The translations under genes and the position numbers were made by a program. From positions 1-35,864 of IMG/VR virus record IMGVR_UViG_3300005533_000001: DNA of 35,864 bases; one strand, 5' to 3'. The stretch comes from a virus. The notes under the pieces are model-generated. The model was not told the DNA's origin and searched no databases. It saw only the letters and a list, made by a program, of their open reading frames with translations. The stretch's first letter is position 1. Each line of letters starts with the position of its first letter. Positions 18,022-26,117 of the stretch are shown one piece after another.

Positions 18022-18260
18022 GCCGCCGCTTTGCCCTTTCTGATCTTCTCAAGTGCCAGATCGGTCAGCGCCTTGCCCCGGTCGGAAGAATCACTCTCAA
18101 CCAGTTGCAACGCGCCATCCTCAAGGCGCGTGTCTAATGTCGGATAGATTTCATGCGCCAGTTCCCACGCTTTCTTTTCCATGGGCCGGAGAAACGCAGC
18201 ATCGCCGCTGAGTGTATGGTGGGTTTCGTCCTTTTCCAGCGTTGCCAGTGTTTTTTTCAT
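18018..18260 (-). CDS. hypothetical small protein
   Basis: Start chosen at the internal ATG (MKKTLATL) because it has a GGAGAAAA RBS. The track's longer start at 18287 is the alternative. Confidence 0.4.
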   Translation of the reverse strand: MKKTLATLEKDETHHTLSGDAAFLRPMEKKAWELAHEIYPTLDTRLEDGALQLVESDSSDRGKALTDLALEKIRKGKAAA

Positions 18261-18322
18261 TCGGAATTTTCTCCGCGTGTTCGGCATGCGCGGCCCGCCT
18301 TTTCATTAAAACGCGAATGCGT

Positions 18323-19231
18323 CTACTGTACAGATTGACTCGGGATTTCTTTTGGTTCAATTTCTTTTAATCCCGCAATTGTCGAAGCCAGTTCCTTGTA
18401 TTCATGCAGCCACTCTAGCCACCCGGCATAGAGTTGCGGCCCCATGGTTTCTGGTTCCATTGGCTCAAACCAGTATTCTGGTTTGTGCGTAAGCCTACAG
18501 AACTTCCAAAGCGTATTCAGATAACCGCGCAAATCCTCGCAGCGATCTTTATCGTGCTTGTGAAGTTCACTCCACTTGCGCACAGTCAAACCGCGTTCAT
18601 TCAGAATGCGGTATAGCTGCGTAGTAGTGATCTTGCCCGCTTGGCACTCGCGCGCCTGTAATTGAATCCATCGCCGGATATGAGCCTCACGCTTCCATTG
18701 CGCCCATTGCTGCCCTAGAGTGATTGGCCCGGTGATGATGGAGCCATTTGCTCTCAACTCTTCGGCTGCCCGCAATTCGCGCGCGTCATGCTCCCTTCGC
18801 CACTCTGTATCGTGGTGCGTCTCAAGTAAAGGATGCTTGGGAGCACGCGGCTTGCCCAGTTTCGCCAATTGCTTTTCGTATTTGGCAATCAGCTTATCGC
18901 GTGCGGATAGCTTAACCTTTGGTTGCGCCCGCTTGATACGTTGCGCTTCCGCCCATGCCCACTGCTCAAGCAAATAATGGTTGCGCTCTACCGGGCGAAA
19001 TTTGCGGATGGCTTGCACGTTCTTGCCCTTGGCATACACTACAAGCATGTCCGGTTTGCCAGTTTCCAGATGCAACTGTAGGCCCGCGTCTACTACGTCT
19101 AATCCCTTGAGCGAATTGACTAGCAGATCGCGGCGAACAGTGAACGGCAATTCGCCCGCCAGTGGTACGGCAACAAAAGGCGCGCGTCCTTTGCGCGCAC
19201 TCTCAACCATGCTCACAAAGTTTTCAGCCAT
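18323..19231 (-). CDS. hypothetical protein (302 aa, basic and helical)
   Basis: Long ORF within the leftward operon. Confidence 0.5.
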   Translation of the reverse strand: MAENFVSMVESARKGRAPFVAVPLAGELPFTVRRDLLVNSLKGLDVVDAGLQLHLETGKPDMLVVYAKGKNVQAIRKFRPVERNHYLLEQWAWAEAQRIKRAQPKVKLSARDKLIAKYEKQLAKLGKPRAPKHPLLETHHDTEWRREHDARELRAAEELRANGSIITGPITLGQQWAQWKREAHIRRWIQLQARECQAGKITTTQLYRILNERGLTVRKWSELHKHDKDRCEDLRGYLNTLWKFCRLTHKPEYWFEPMEPETMGPQLYAGWLEWLHEYKELASTIAGLKEIEPKEIPSQSVQ

Positions 19232-19637
19232 GGGTCACCGCTTCCGGCTCCGGCACATCCTCGAACGGGTCATTGCGAGTTGCGCGAATCAGCGATGGAA
19301 TGTAATTCTTGGCAACATCCATCATGGCCCGGTTAATGTCTGAATACTCGCCCGTGAGCCAGTACGTCATGCCGTATTCAGTTGACACCCCGGTTTCAAA
19401 TTGCCGCAAGAATCGGCGAGTAGCCGCCTTGTTATCGGCGAAATACACACTGAAAAATCCCCACTGGCTATAGTGGGCGATGAAAGAGCAATGCTGGGTC
19501 AGGTGATGATACAGGCGCGAGGTAAACCGCTCACGCTTCAACCCAGACCGCAAAAAGGATTCCCATGCTTTGAGGGTCAATTCCTTTTCCTTCGCGGTCA
19601 TAAATTCGCTATCGGTGAATTGATATTGTTTCGTCAT
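19224..19637 (-). CDS. hypothetical protein
   Basis: Start taken at ATG 19637 (MTKQYQF), which has an AAAGGAAAAA RBS and an ATGA overlap with the upstream gene. Confidence 0.45.
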   Translation of the reverse strand: MTKQYQFTDSEFMTAKEKELTLKAWESFLRSGLKRERFTSRLYHHLTQHCSFIAHYSQWGFFSVYFADNKAATRRFLRQFETGVSTEYGMTYWLTGEYSDINRAMMDVAKNYIPSLIRATRNDPFEDVPEPEAVTHG

Positions 19638-19834
19638 TGTTTTTCCTTTTCCAGCACGGCATGCCCGCCCGGTTTGTGTCCTTTGGGCATGGTGCATCGG
19701 AACCACTGTTTCCCGTCAGTAGCAAACGGATGATTGCACAACTCAGTTGTGCTTGGTTCTGCGAGGTGCGGGACGTGTTTACACACACCCCGCGCCCGAA
19801 AGTCTAGGCAGTTGTGCGGACAGGTCATGGTCAA
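19634..19834 (-). CDS. small Cys/His-rich zinc-finger protein
   Basis: 66 aa. Contains CPHNC...C.H...C.H. ATGA overlaps on both sides. Confidence 0.45.
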   Translation of the reverse strand: MTMTCPHNCLDFRARGVCKHVPHLAEPSTTELCNHPFATDGKQWFRCTMPKGHKPGGHAVLEKEKQ

Positions 19835-20223
19835 TCTCCGAACCAGAAGTGACGCGCATACTCAAGCATGGTGTCATCCTCTTCCGAGGTGGTTTCGGCC
19901 TTTGTCCATGGCGTACCCCAGTCCTGATACTCAAACCGCGCGGACGTGGGCTGCCCATAGGAATCAAGATCGCCCACAATACGCGAAGCAGGCCCGCCAG
20001 TTCCCAAAAGCAATTCATATTCAGTCGGCTTGGCAGCATCGCTATCGCCCGGTTGATACCAGTCGGAACGTACCTGTACGCTCAAGGGGTCTTCTTGGAT
20101 TCGCGAATCATCGCCGGACTTTTCCGCTTCATCCAACATCTCGCGCAAGGTTTCAATTGCCCCATGCGCGTATTCATTCGTGACTTGCTGGAAGTCCTTT
20201 TCTTCTTTCTTTTTGGATTTCAT
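19831..20223 (-). CDS. hypothetical acidic protein
   Basis: 130 aa. Lys-rich N-terminus followed by an acidic body. Confidence 0.45.
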   Translation of the reverse strand: MKSKKKEEKDFQQVTNEYAHGAIETLREMLDEAEKSGDDSRIQEDPLSVQVRSDWYQPGDSDAAKPTEYELLLGTGGPASRIVGDLDSYGQPTSARFEYQDWGTPWTKAETTSEEDDTMLEYARHFWFGD

Positions 20224-20313
20224 TTTTTCCCTTCCACTGTGGGCTAGATGCCCTACCGTGAAGTTTCTGTATTACACTCAATTAGATACGCTGGCCAGCG
20301 CGGGGATTCTTTT

Positions 20314-20571
20314 TTAATCCTCTTCCGCATAGGCGGATTCAATACGCTGATTGCAATGGGCACAGAATAGCGCGGGGTCTTCGTAATTCACATCATACCC
20401 GTCTATCCTCCATCCATCACCCTGCCCGCCCTCATGTACCGGATTGCTGGGGTCATTGGCACAATCAGGACATAGCGCCTCGCCGTCGTCCATCAAATAG
20501 AAGATCGGATAGCCACCCGGCCAAGCGTATTTATGCAGCTTGCCGTCATCGTGACGCGGTAGATTAGTCAT
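20314..20571 (-). CDS. small zinc-ribbon protein (CPDC...CAHC)
   Basis: Start placed at ATG 20571, which overlaps the upstream stop as ATGA. An alternative ATG exists at 20583. Confidence 0.4.
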   Translation of the reverse strand: MTNLPRHDDGKLHKYAWPGGYPIFYLMDDGEALCPDCANDPSNPVHEGGQGDGWRIDGYDVNYEDPALFCAHCNQRIESAYAEED

Positions 20572-21251
20572 TGTTTCACCCATAGCAAGTAAGGCAGTCC
20601 CGGCCATTGTGCCCAGCATTTTTCAGGATTCGCTTTAGCCCAGACATCTGGCAAGTTTTCCCGGTATGCCGCCAATTCCGGCCAACGTGCCACTTGATCT
20701 TTAGTAGCTGGCTTCAATCTCGCAGGCGCGCCCGTGTCAGTTTCGCGGTAATGGTACGTGTATTGGCCCTTGCTACCGTCAGAATACGTCACGGGGTCTA
20801 CCCGGTACGGCCCAGCGGCTTTGTTGATAGCTTGCGCTTCCGCGTGTAACTCCGGCCCTCCGACCGCTTTTAATTCGTAGCGGTGACTGTCAATTTTCGC
20901 GGTACGCTTTGGACGTGTGCCATCGGCAGTCCGCATGCAGCCATGGTTCTTCCCGCCGCATGAGCATCGGCAAACATCCTCGCGTGCTTCCCAGCACGCT
21001 TCGCCGCATGTAGCCTCACTAAGGAAAGCCACAATCGGGCTTGCGCCTTGAGCGATTCGCTTTTCAATTGGATTCAATTGCTTTTCCATACTTGTTAGAT
21101 ACCACCGCGCGGCCCGTGATGCAATTAAATTCGTCACCCGTACCCGCCTGACCATGCCCGCCTGCCCGCCTCTCGTTCTCGGCTCCTGCTCTTTCTCAAT
21201 TAGCGATCTGGCAAAGCTATTGCCGCTTAATTGATTACAGGCGCGCGCCAT
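20568..21251 (-). CDS. Cys-rich hypothetical protein (CGEAC...CRCSCGGKNHGC), first gene of the leftward operon
   Basis: 227 aa with an Arg-rich N-terminus. A GGGGGAGGGAGA RBS precedes ATG 21251. The internal ATG at 21089 is an alternative start. Confidence 0.45.
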   Translation of the reverse strand: MARACNQLSGNSFARSLIEKEQEPRTRGGQAGMVRRVRVTNLIASRAARWYLTSMEKQLNPIEKRIAQGASPIVAFLSEATCGEACWEAREDVCRCSCGGKNHGCMRTADGTRPKRTAKIDSHRYELKAVGGPELHAEAQAINKAAGPYRVDPVTYSDGSKGQYTYHYRETDTGAPARLKPATKDQVARWPELAAYRENLPDVWAKANPEKCWAQWPGLPYLLWVKQ

Positions 21252-21339
21252 GGGGGAACCTTGGTTCTCCCTCCCCCTATAGCAAATTGGGGACAGATAG
21301 ACTCGGAGCCTACGCGCGCGGCCATTAAATGGACGCCAG

Positions 21340-21420
21340 TTTTTCGGTCGTAGGTTTTCGCTCTTTCTTCGCTTTTGCCGCGCGGCGAAAATCGCTTCAA
21401 TCTTCGCTTGCTATTCGCCT
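21340..21420. repeat. phased TTCGC(T/C) pentamer array (about 11-bp period, 5-6 copies)
   Basis: TTCG(C) occurs at 21343, 21357, 21368, 21391 (ATCGC), 21403 and 21414. Confidence 0.5.
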
Positions 21421-21512
21421 ATTTTTCAGCATCTTGCGGCACTAACAAGTAATTAGATATCCACAGAATTATTTTTGATTCTTTATCAGTTTGGCAATTG
21501 AAAAAAAACTTC

Positions 21513-21538
21513 TTGACACGTCTATACTCTAGGATAAT
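21513..21538 (+). promoter_or_regulatory. candidate rightward promoter (TTGACA, short spacer, GATAAT) overlapped by palindrome GGATAATCTATCC at 21532-21544
   Basis: A perfect -35 hexamer sits at 21513-21518 and GATAAT at 21533-21538. The spacer is only 14 nt, which is too short for sigma70. The AT-rich divergent intergenic region continues upstream. Confidence 0.3.
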
Positions 21539-21619
21539 CTATCCCTACAATTCGTGCAGTTCTCTCAGTAGCCAACGGTTTTATGAGTCGATTGGCACGG
21601 AAGAGAAAAGGAAAAACAA

Positions 21620-22174
21620 GTGAGCAAAACATGGTACGAAAAAACCACGTTCCAACCATCTCGCATTGCTACAGAAAATGCCGGTCGCTGGTTTCGGCCA
21701 TTGCCATCCGCAATAGCCAGTGCATTGCACGTCACGGAACCATTAAATGGTTCCAATGGACGTTGGCATGAAACCGTGCAAGATGTTGCGGACGTGCTAC
21801 AGGCGAATGTGCCAAACTTCAATCGTGCGGAATTCGCGCAAGAGGCAAAGGGAAGTGACGATTCCGCTTTTTGGTTGTCAGTTTGGCAAGATGACGGTGG
21901 TCACTGCTGGGATAGTGATGTGACTACACCGGCGGAAAATGCCGCATGGAATTACCTGAAGACTGGCATACCTCCAGCGATTGCAGCAAAAGAAAAAGAC
22001 TCCACTTTTTCGCACCTAATAGAGGTACTGAAAAGCGATGTACGCACCTCAGTGAAAAACTACAGTTTTTTGCTGTGGTTACCTCCATGCTGTGGTTTGG
22101 CTGTGGTCTACCTGCTAACCGCGATTGAAACCCTAGGCTTTGCCGTATCGCGCATTTTCGGAGGTGCAAGGTAA
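21620..22174 (+). CDS. hypothetical protein with C-terminal transmembrane helix
   Basis: 184 aa with a GTG start. Ends in a hydrophobic segment followed by RIFGGAR. Confidence 0.45.
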   Translation: MSKTWYEKTTFQPSRIATENAGRWFRPLPSAIASALHVTEPLNGSNGRWHETVQDVADVLQANVPNFNRAEFAQEAKGSDDSAFWLSVWQDDGGHCWDSDVTTPAENAAWNYLKTGIPPAIAAKEKDSTFSHLIEVLKSDVRTSVKNYSFLLWLPPCCGLAVVYLLTAIETLGFAVSRIFGGAR

Positions 22175-22374
22175 TGAATTCATCCGAGGAAAAACGCGCG
22201 CTATTGGACGCGTGGCACATAGTACGTGATGCCATGGACAAAGCACACAATGGTCATCCCTGTTCTGGTTTCTGCGAGGGTTGGCACAAAGCCGAATCAG
22301 TTCTCTACTACCTTAGCCAGCAATTGAGCGCTGGCTACAAGAGAGGGGAATCAGATGACCTATCTAGAGGCTAA
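22174..22374 (+). CDS. hypothetical small protein
   Basis: 66 aa. TAATG overlap with the upstream gene. GGAGGT SD lies 8 nt upstream. Confidence 0.45.
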   Translation: MNSSEEKRALLDAWHIVRDAMDKAHNGHPCSGFCEGWHKAESVLYYLSQQLSAGYKRGESDDLSRG

Positions 22375-22678
22375 AATCGGGCTGAAGCCTAGCACGATTG
22401 TTTCATTGCACGAATTTCACAGCATTGGGCATGTAGTGAAAACCACAGCTCACACTATGGGCATTGCTCACAGTGGTCATCCACTAGACGCGGTGACGCG
22501 CGATATTACGTTTTATGATTCGCGTGATTGCCGTCTTTTCAACCAAGGTTACATGGTACGCAAACGGCAAGAGTACAGAAACGGTTTCGCATACCGCACA
22601 AAGCGGATTACCATCGACTTACGAAACCAGACCATCGAAGAGATACTCTTACCTATGGGGCAAACTTCACTTTGGTGA
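22355..22678 (+). CDS. hypothetical protein
   Basis: 107 aa. GAGAGGGG RBS upstream. Confidence 0.4.
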   Translation: MTYLEAKIGLKPSTIVSLHEFHSIGHVVKTTAHTMGIAHSGHPLDAVTRDITFYDSRDCRLFNQGYMVRKRQEYRNGFAYRTKRITIDLRNQTIEEILLPMGQTSLW

Positions 22679-22682
22679 CGCC

Positions 22683-22898
22683 ATGGCTAAGTGGTCAGTT
22701 TGCCTCTGGAGGATTCGCGCTAATCGCGCGCCACTGTTAGCGGAAATTTCCTATCAATTGCATGATATCGAATCATGCAAGCCAGAAGACAAGTATCGCG
22801 CGATACGGTTCTATATCGCATTGCAAGCTAACCTATCGGGATTCATCTCCCGCACAACCAAGACGGAAACCATCTACCACGGAGGAGAACATGTATAA
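22683..22898 (+). CDS. hypothetical small protein
   Basis: 71 aa counted from the internal ATG of the track ORF 22515..22898. This start avoids a long overlap with the upstream gene. Confidence 0.3.
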   Translation: MAKWSVCLWRIRANRAPLLAEISYQLHDIESCKPEDKYRAIRFYIALQANLSGFISRTTKTETIYHGGEHV

Positions 22899-23007
22899 AC
22901 TTTGGTTGGAACGTGTTTGCATTGTGGCTGCAATCGCGGTGACGTTTGCCTGTCACCTCGCGTTACTCTGGTTTGCCCATGGCCATCTCCTCGGAGGTGC
23001 ACAGTGA
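22895..23007 (+). CDS. small hydrophobic membrane peptide (37 aa)
   Basis: GGAGGAG RBS upstream of ATG 22895. Carries a single TM-like segment and ends ...LLGGAQ. Confidence 0.4.
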
Positions 23008-23102
23008 CGAATCGCGGATGGCAAGCCAGTATCATTATTGGCATTGCAGTTTGGTTCCTCTGCATTGTCTACACGTACCTAGTGACCGGAGGTGCACGCT
23101 AA
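23004..23102 (+). CDS. small hydrophobic membrane peptide (32 aa)
   Basis: GTG 23004 lies 5 nt after GGAGGT. TM-like segment. Ends ...VTGGAR. Confidence 0.35.
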   Translation: MTNRGWQASIIIGIAVWFLCIVYTYLVTGGAR

Positions 23103-23344
23103 TGACACTGCCAAAGGTTACACTCCCGAAAGTTAACCGCGCGGCACTAGCCAAACATCACAGGATAATCCGCTATGGCGTATTCGGGATAATCGTGATT
23201 GTCTTGGTTGTGCTCCATGGCGATACCTCCGCAGGTTTGATATCGGCAGCATTGCTCAAAGTATTGGATGTGACAGGTGACGTAATTGCCGATAGAGTAC
23301 TGCCGTTCGATTGGCTAAAGACCATTAGCAAGATGGACGATTAG
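23102..23344 (+). CDS. small membrane protein (80 aa)
   Basis: ATG 23102 lies 8 nt after GGAGGT. Contains the hydrophobic segment GIIVIVLVVL. Confidence 0.45.
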   Translation: MTLPKVTLPKVNRAALAKHHRIIRYGVFGIIVIVLVVLHGDTSAGLISAALLKVLDVTGDVIADRVLPFDWLKTISKMDD

Positions 23345-23362
23345 CCCAACCGTTTGCCGTTT

Positions 23363-23393
23363 GCCCACGGTTTCCGCCGTGGGCATTTTTATT
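23363..23393 (+). terminator. rho-independent terminator
   Basis: An 8-bp GC stem GCCCACGG/CCGTGGGC with a 6-nt loop is followed by ATTTTTATT, directly after the stop of the 23102 gene. Confidence 0.6.
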
Positions 23394-23806
23394 GCCGTGG
23401 TCTCACGGTACGGTCGGAAGTTTTTGCCATGGCTTATTCGCCATCACTTCGCCTAATTCCCAATTGGCCAATATCGCGCGCAATGCGCCATAACGCGCGG
23501 AGGGTTTCAGATGACCCTAACCTATCAATATTCCCAACCCTCGCCTGTAGGCTAATAACTCACGAATACAACCTATGTACTCTCTATACACTGGCTTATT
23601 GATTCCGCATTACTTAGCTTATGTACTATGTAGTAATACCCTATCGAAGAAAAGGCGAATCATCCAATGGATACAATAGCTTACAGGCAGTTTTCGCCCT
23701 ATGTTCACTTGCGCCGTTTGTTCGTCTTGCGCTATTCATTCGCCAAGACTGAAAATAGATCATGAAAAGCGGAGGAGATGACACCGCGCGCCGTTTTTCT
23801 GTGGGT

Positions 23807-23830
23807 CATCTCATCTCCATCTCATCTCAT
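23807..23830. repeat. tandem repeat CATCTCATCTC x2 (TCTCAT family)
   Basis: Read directly from the sequence. TCTCAT also recurs at 23961, 23976, 24287 and 24292. Confidence 0.55.
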
Positions 23831-23994
23831 TTTTGCGCGTCCAGTCGCGTCCAATTAGCCTCCAGTGGCGCGCTAGGTCTCAAGCCATGGCGAATTCCGC
23901 AATATTACATAATGCGTAATGCCCACTAACCGCTTTGCCTTGTACCGTTTGCGCGCGCCCGTCTCATTGTCACGTGTCTCATGCGACCGCGCCA

Positions 23995-24045
23995 TAGCGA
24001 CGGCGAAGAAACGGCGAAGACGCGAGCGAATGAAAAGCGAAAAGA
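23995..24045. repeat. inverted copy of the phased pentamer array (GCGAA, 11-12-bp period, 4 copies)
   Basis: GCGAA occurs at 24003, 24014, 24026 and 24037. This is the reverse complement of the array at 21357-21418. Confidence 0.5.
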
Positions 24046-24154
24046 GCGGGTGGTAGAGGCTTTTGGGGGGTGGGGGTGAACCCCATTTGCGGGTAGTGCA
24101 ATTGCCTACTCCTTCTCCCCAATCCCGTTTCTTCTTTCTGTAGCCTTCCCCGGT

Positions 24155-24180
24155 AGCCTTTCGCCGTTGTTTCGCCCTTA
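24155..24180. repeat. two further TTCGCC copies 11 bp apart
   Basis: TTCGCC at 24160 and again at 24171. Confidence 0.4.
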
Positions 24181-24294
24181 GTGCGGTCAAAATGCGTTTT
24201 GTAGGTTAGGTCAGGGTGCGGAGGTAATGCGGAAGGGAAAAACGGCGGGAAGATTTTAATTGCATCGCGGGGGGATTGAGGGTAATCTCATCTC

Positions 24295-24308
24295 ATATCA
24301 TATGATAT
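24295..24308. promoter_or_regulatory. perfect 14-bp palindrome ATATCATATGATAT downstream of candidate promoter TTGCAT-17-TAATCT (24260-24288)
   Basis: Palindrome read directly from the sequence. The -35 matches 5/6 and the -10 is weak. Confidence 0.35.
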
Positions 24309-24496
24309 CAACCGGCAGCCAGCCCGCAGCGGGGATAACGGTGTTGGAGGTGCTGATCTATTACGGGTTGTTACTGGCCGCCGCCATGATTTGGCTTCAT
24401 TTCGGCATGAAGAAGTGCCGCTATTGCGGCAGACATAGGATGGATGGACACAAAAAGGAGTGCCCGCGCTATAGCGCCAAGAGAGGATACCTACTA

Positions 24497-24961
24497 ATGG
24501 AAACACACGTTGAACTGCCCAAGCCCACCTTGAACGTCGAACTGCTGTTGAAGGTGAAAAACCATATTCTCGAAGAACCCAAGCGCCTGCGCATGTCGAA
24601 GTGGTTCATTAAGGGCACCCCGAATGGCCATGGCAGATCAGTATCGCGTGGTTACGGCGAACCCATCGACTTTGAAGTCCCAGCTTGCGGCACTGTGGGC
24701 TGTATTGCCGGATGGACAGAACTGCTCAACCACCCTGAAGATTACGAAGGTGCCACCGGCATCAGTGGAGTGCACTGCGGTCGCGCCAAGAACGAACTTG
24801 GCCTGATAGACCAAAGCCTGTTTTTTGTTGATTGCTGGCCAGAACCCTACAAGTCCGACTATTACCAAGCCGAAGACAACCAGACGCGCGCCCAGATTGT
24901 AGGCGCGCTCATCGACAAACTGATTGAAGTTGGCGAAGAACAGCTTTTCGGGCGGGAGTAA
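24497..24961 (+). CDS. paralog A of a duplicated Cys-motif protein family (KHILEEPKRLRM ... CGTVGCIAGW ... LFFV.CWPEPY)
   Basis: GAGAGGA RBS upstream of ATG 24497. The in-frame upstream ATG at 24406 would add a CRYC...ECPRY zinc-knuckle extension. Shares a conserved nucleotide block with 28270-28317. Confidence 0.55.
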   Translation: METHVELPKPTLNVELLLKVKNHILEEPKRLRMSKWFIKGTPNGHGRSVSRGYGEPIDFEVPACGTVGCIAGWTELLNHPEDYEGATGISGVHCGRAKNELGLIDQSLFFVDCWPEPYKSDYYQAEDNQTRAQIVGALIDKLIEVGEEQLFGRE

Positions 24962-24964
24962 ATC

Positions 24965-25204
24965 ATGTCCATTCGCAAGTGGTGGCGCGATTTCTGGGAT
25001 ACTGATAAAGAGATTCGCGTCTACGCCAAGCGGCAAAGGCTGTTGGCCAATATGATGCTTGCCGAGGTGGAGAAAGTTCATTCCGGGGCCGCCGTGACTG
25101 CCGACGCCGTAGCGCGAATCAAGGTGTTTGAGGAAAAACTGGACGCCATGACCAATGACCAATTGCTCGAATACCAGCCTGCGCCGGAGGAAGGTGGCCA
25201 ATAG
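24965..25204 (+). CDS. hypothetical small protein
   Basis: 79 aa. Starts 4 nt after the upstream stop. Confidence 0.4.
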   Translation: MSIRKWWRDFWDTDKEIRVYAKRQRLLANMMLAEVEKVHSGAAVTADAVARIKVFEEKLDAMTNDQLLEYQPAPEEGGQ

Positions 25205-25461
25205 TGATCGAACAAGAACGCATTCGCGCGCGACAATGGATTAAGCAGCACTTCCCCGATATGGAGCCATCCGACCTGACCATTGAACTGATGGCCTCAT
25301 TCTCGGCTTCGGCTGATCCTAACCAGTGTCGCGATGAATCGGCCCGTTTGCGCAAGATTTTAGAAAAGTACGCTTATTGCCGCCACGCCCAGATCAACTG
25401 CAACTGCACCATGGAAGCGCGGGCGGCGCTATTTGAACCCCAAACTCAAAGGACACCATGA
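25204..25461 (+). CDS. hypothetical small protein (C-terminal CRHAQINCNC)
   Basis: 85 aa. GTG start overlaps the upstream stop. Confidence 0.4.
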   Translation: MIEQERIRARQWIKQHFPDMEPSDLTIELMASFSASADPNQCRDESARLRKILEKYAYCRHAQINCNCTMEARAALFEPQTQRTP

Positions 25462-25607
25462 AACGATTCGCGGGAATATTACTCGATCAGCGCTGACTTC
25501 GCCAAGCTGGCGGTGCGGTTTGGAGGACTGGTGGCACGGGCAAGATCGCAACGGGTGGTGGATTGGATGCAGGCGATGGAGATTGAATCGCAGAAAGTGA
25601 GCACGAA

Positions 25608-25844
25608 ATGAGCGACGAAGCCAAGTGGATTCGATTCCGCGAAGTTGCGGCAACGGGTAAGACGCAGCGATGGCTGGTCGAGACGCTTACAGGCGTGACC
25701 ATCGGCACTGTACATTGGTGGGGTGCGTGGAGGCAGTATTGCTTTTCGCCGGAGGCCAACACCATCTACGAACGTCAGTGTTTGCGAGACATCGCCCAAT
25801 TCTGCGAATCCCGCACACGAGCCACAAGAACTTGCCCCGTCTAA
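25608..25844 (+). CDS. hypothetical small protein
   Basis: 78 aa. Confidence 0.4.
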   Translation: MSDEAKWIRFREVAATGKTQRWLVETLTGVTIGTVHWWGAWRQYCFSPEANTIYERQCLRDIAQFCESRTRATRTCPV

Positions 25845-25868
25845 AAGTTGAGGAGAAAGGACTAGATT

Positions 25869-26117
25869 ATGGGTCGGCATAACTTCGGTTATGTTTGGCG
25901 ACGGAGAAAGAGTGGTTACAGGCTGGACTGGAAACTGATTGCGACGGACACTTTGATGCCAATCGTGTGCGCTGTCATCGGGCATCGCATTTGGGACTCC
26001 GCAATGGGATACGGCCCTCCTAGTTGGGCGTGCAAACGCTGTTTCCGCTACGTCCCTGCCGAGCAGATAACCCTGCGCGAATGGGCGCGAAAGGAGGTCT
26101 CCGATGTCGAGCGATGA
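25869..26117 (+). CDS. hypothetical small basic protein
   Basis: 82 aa. GGAGAAAGGA RBS upstream. Confidence 0.45.
   Translation: MGRHNFGYVWRRRKSGYRLDWKLIATDTLMPIVCAVIGHRIWDSAMGYGPPSWACKRCFRYVPAEQITLREWARKEVSDVER

Noticed and set aside
23873-24190. 105-aa minus-strand ORF inside the repeat island
   Set aside because: It is a translation of the purine-rich GCGAA repeat array and G-runs (KKKRDWGEGVG...). It has no RBS and sits between a terminator and a promoter-like site.
24260-24496. Long N-terminal extension of paralog A (track start 24260)
   Set aside because: The extension would read through the 14-bp palindrome and the TCTCAT repeats. A good RBS precedes the internal ATG 24497, and homology to paralog B begins only after it.
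23394-24496. CRISPR array or tRNA in the repeat-rich region
   Set aside because: The repeats are 5-14 bp long, irregularly spaced and heterogeneous. There is no 25-40-bp repeat-spacer periodicity. No cloverleaf with a GTTCRANYC T-loop was found by eye.
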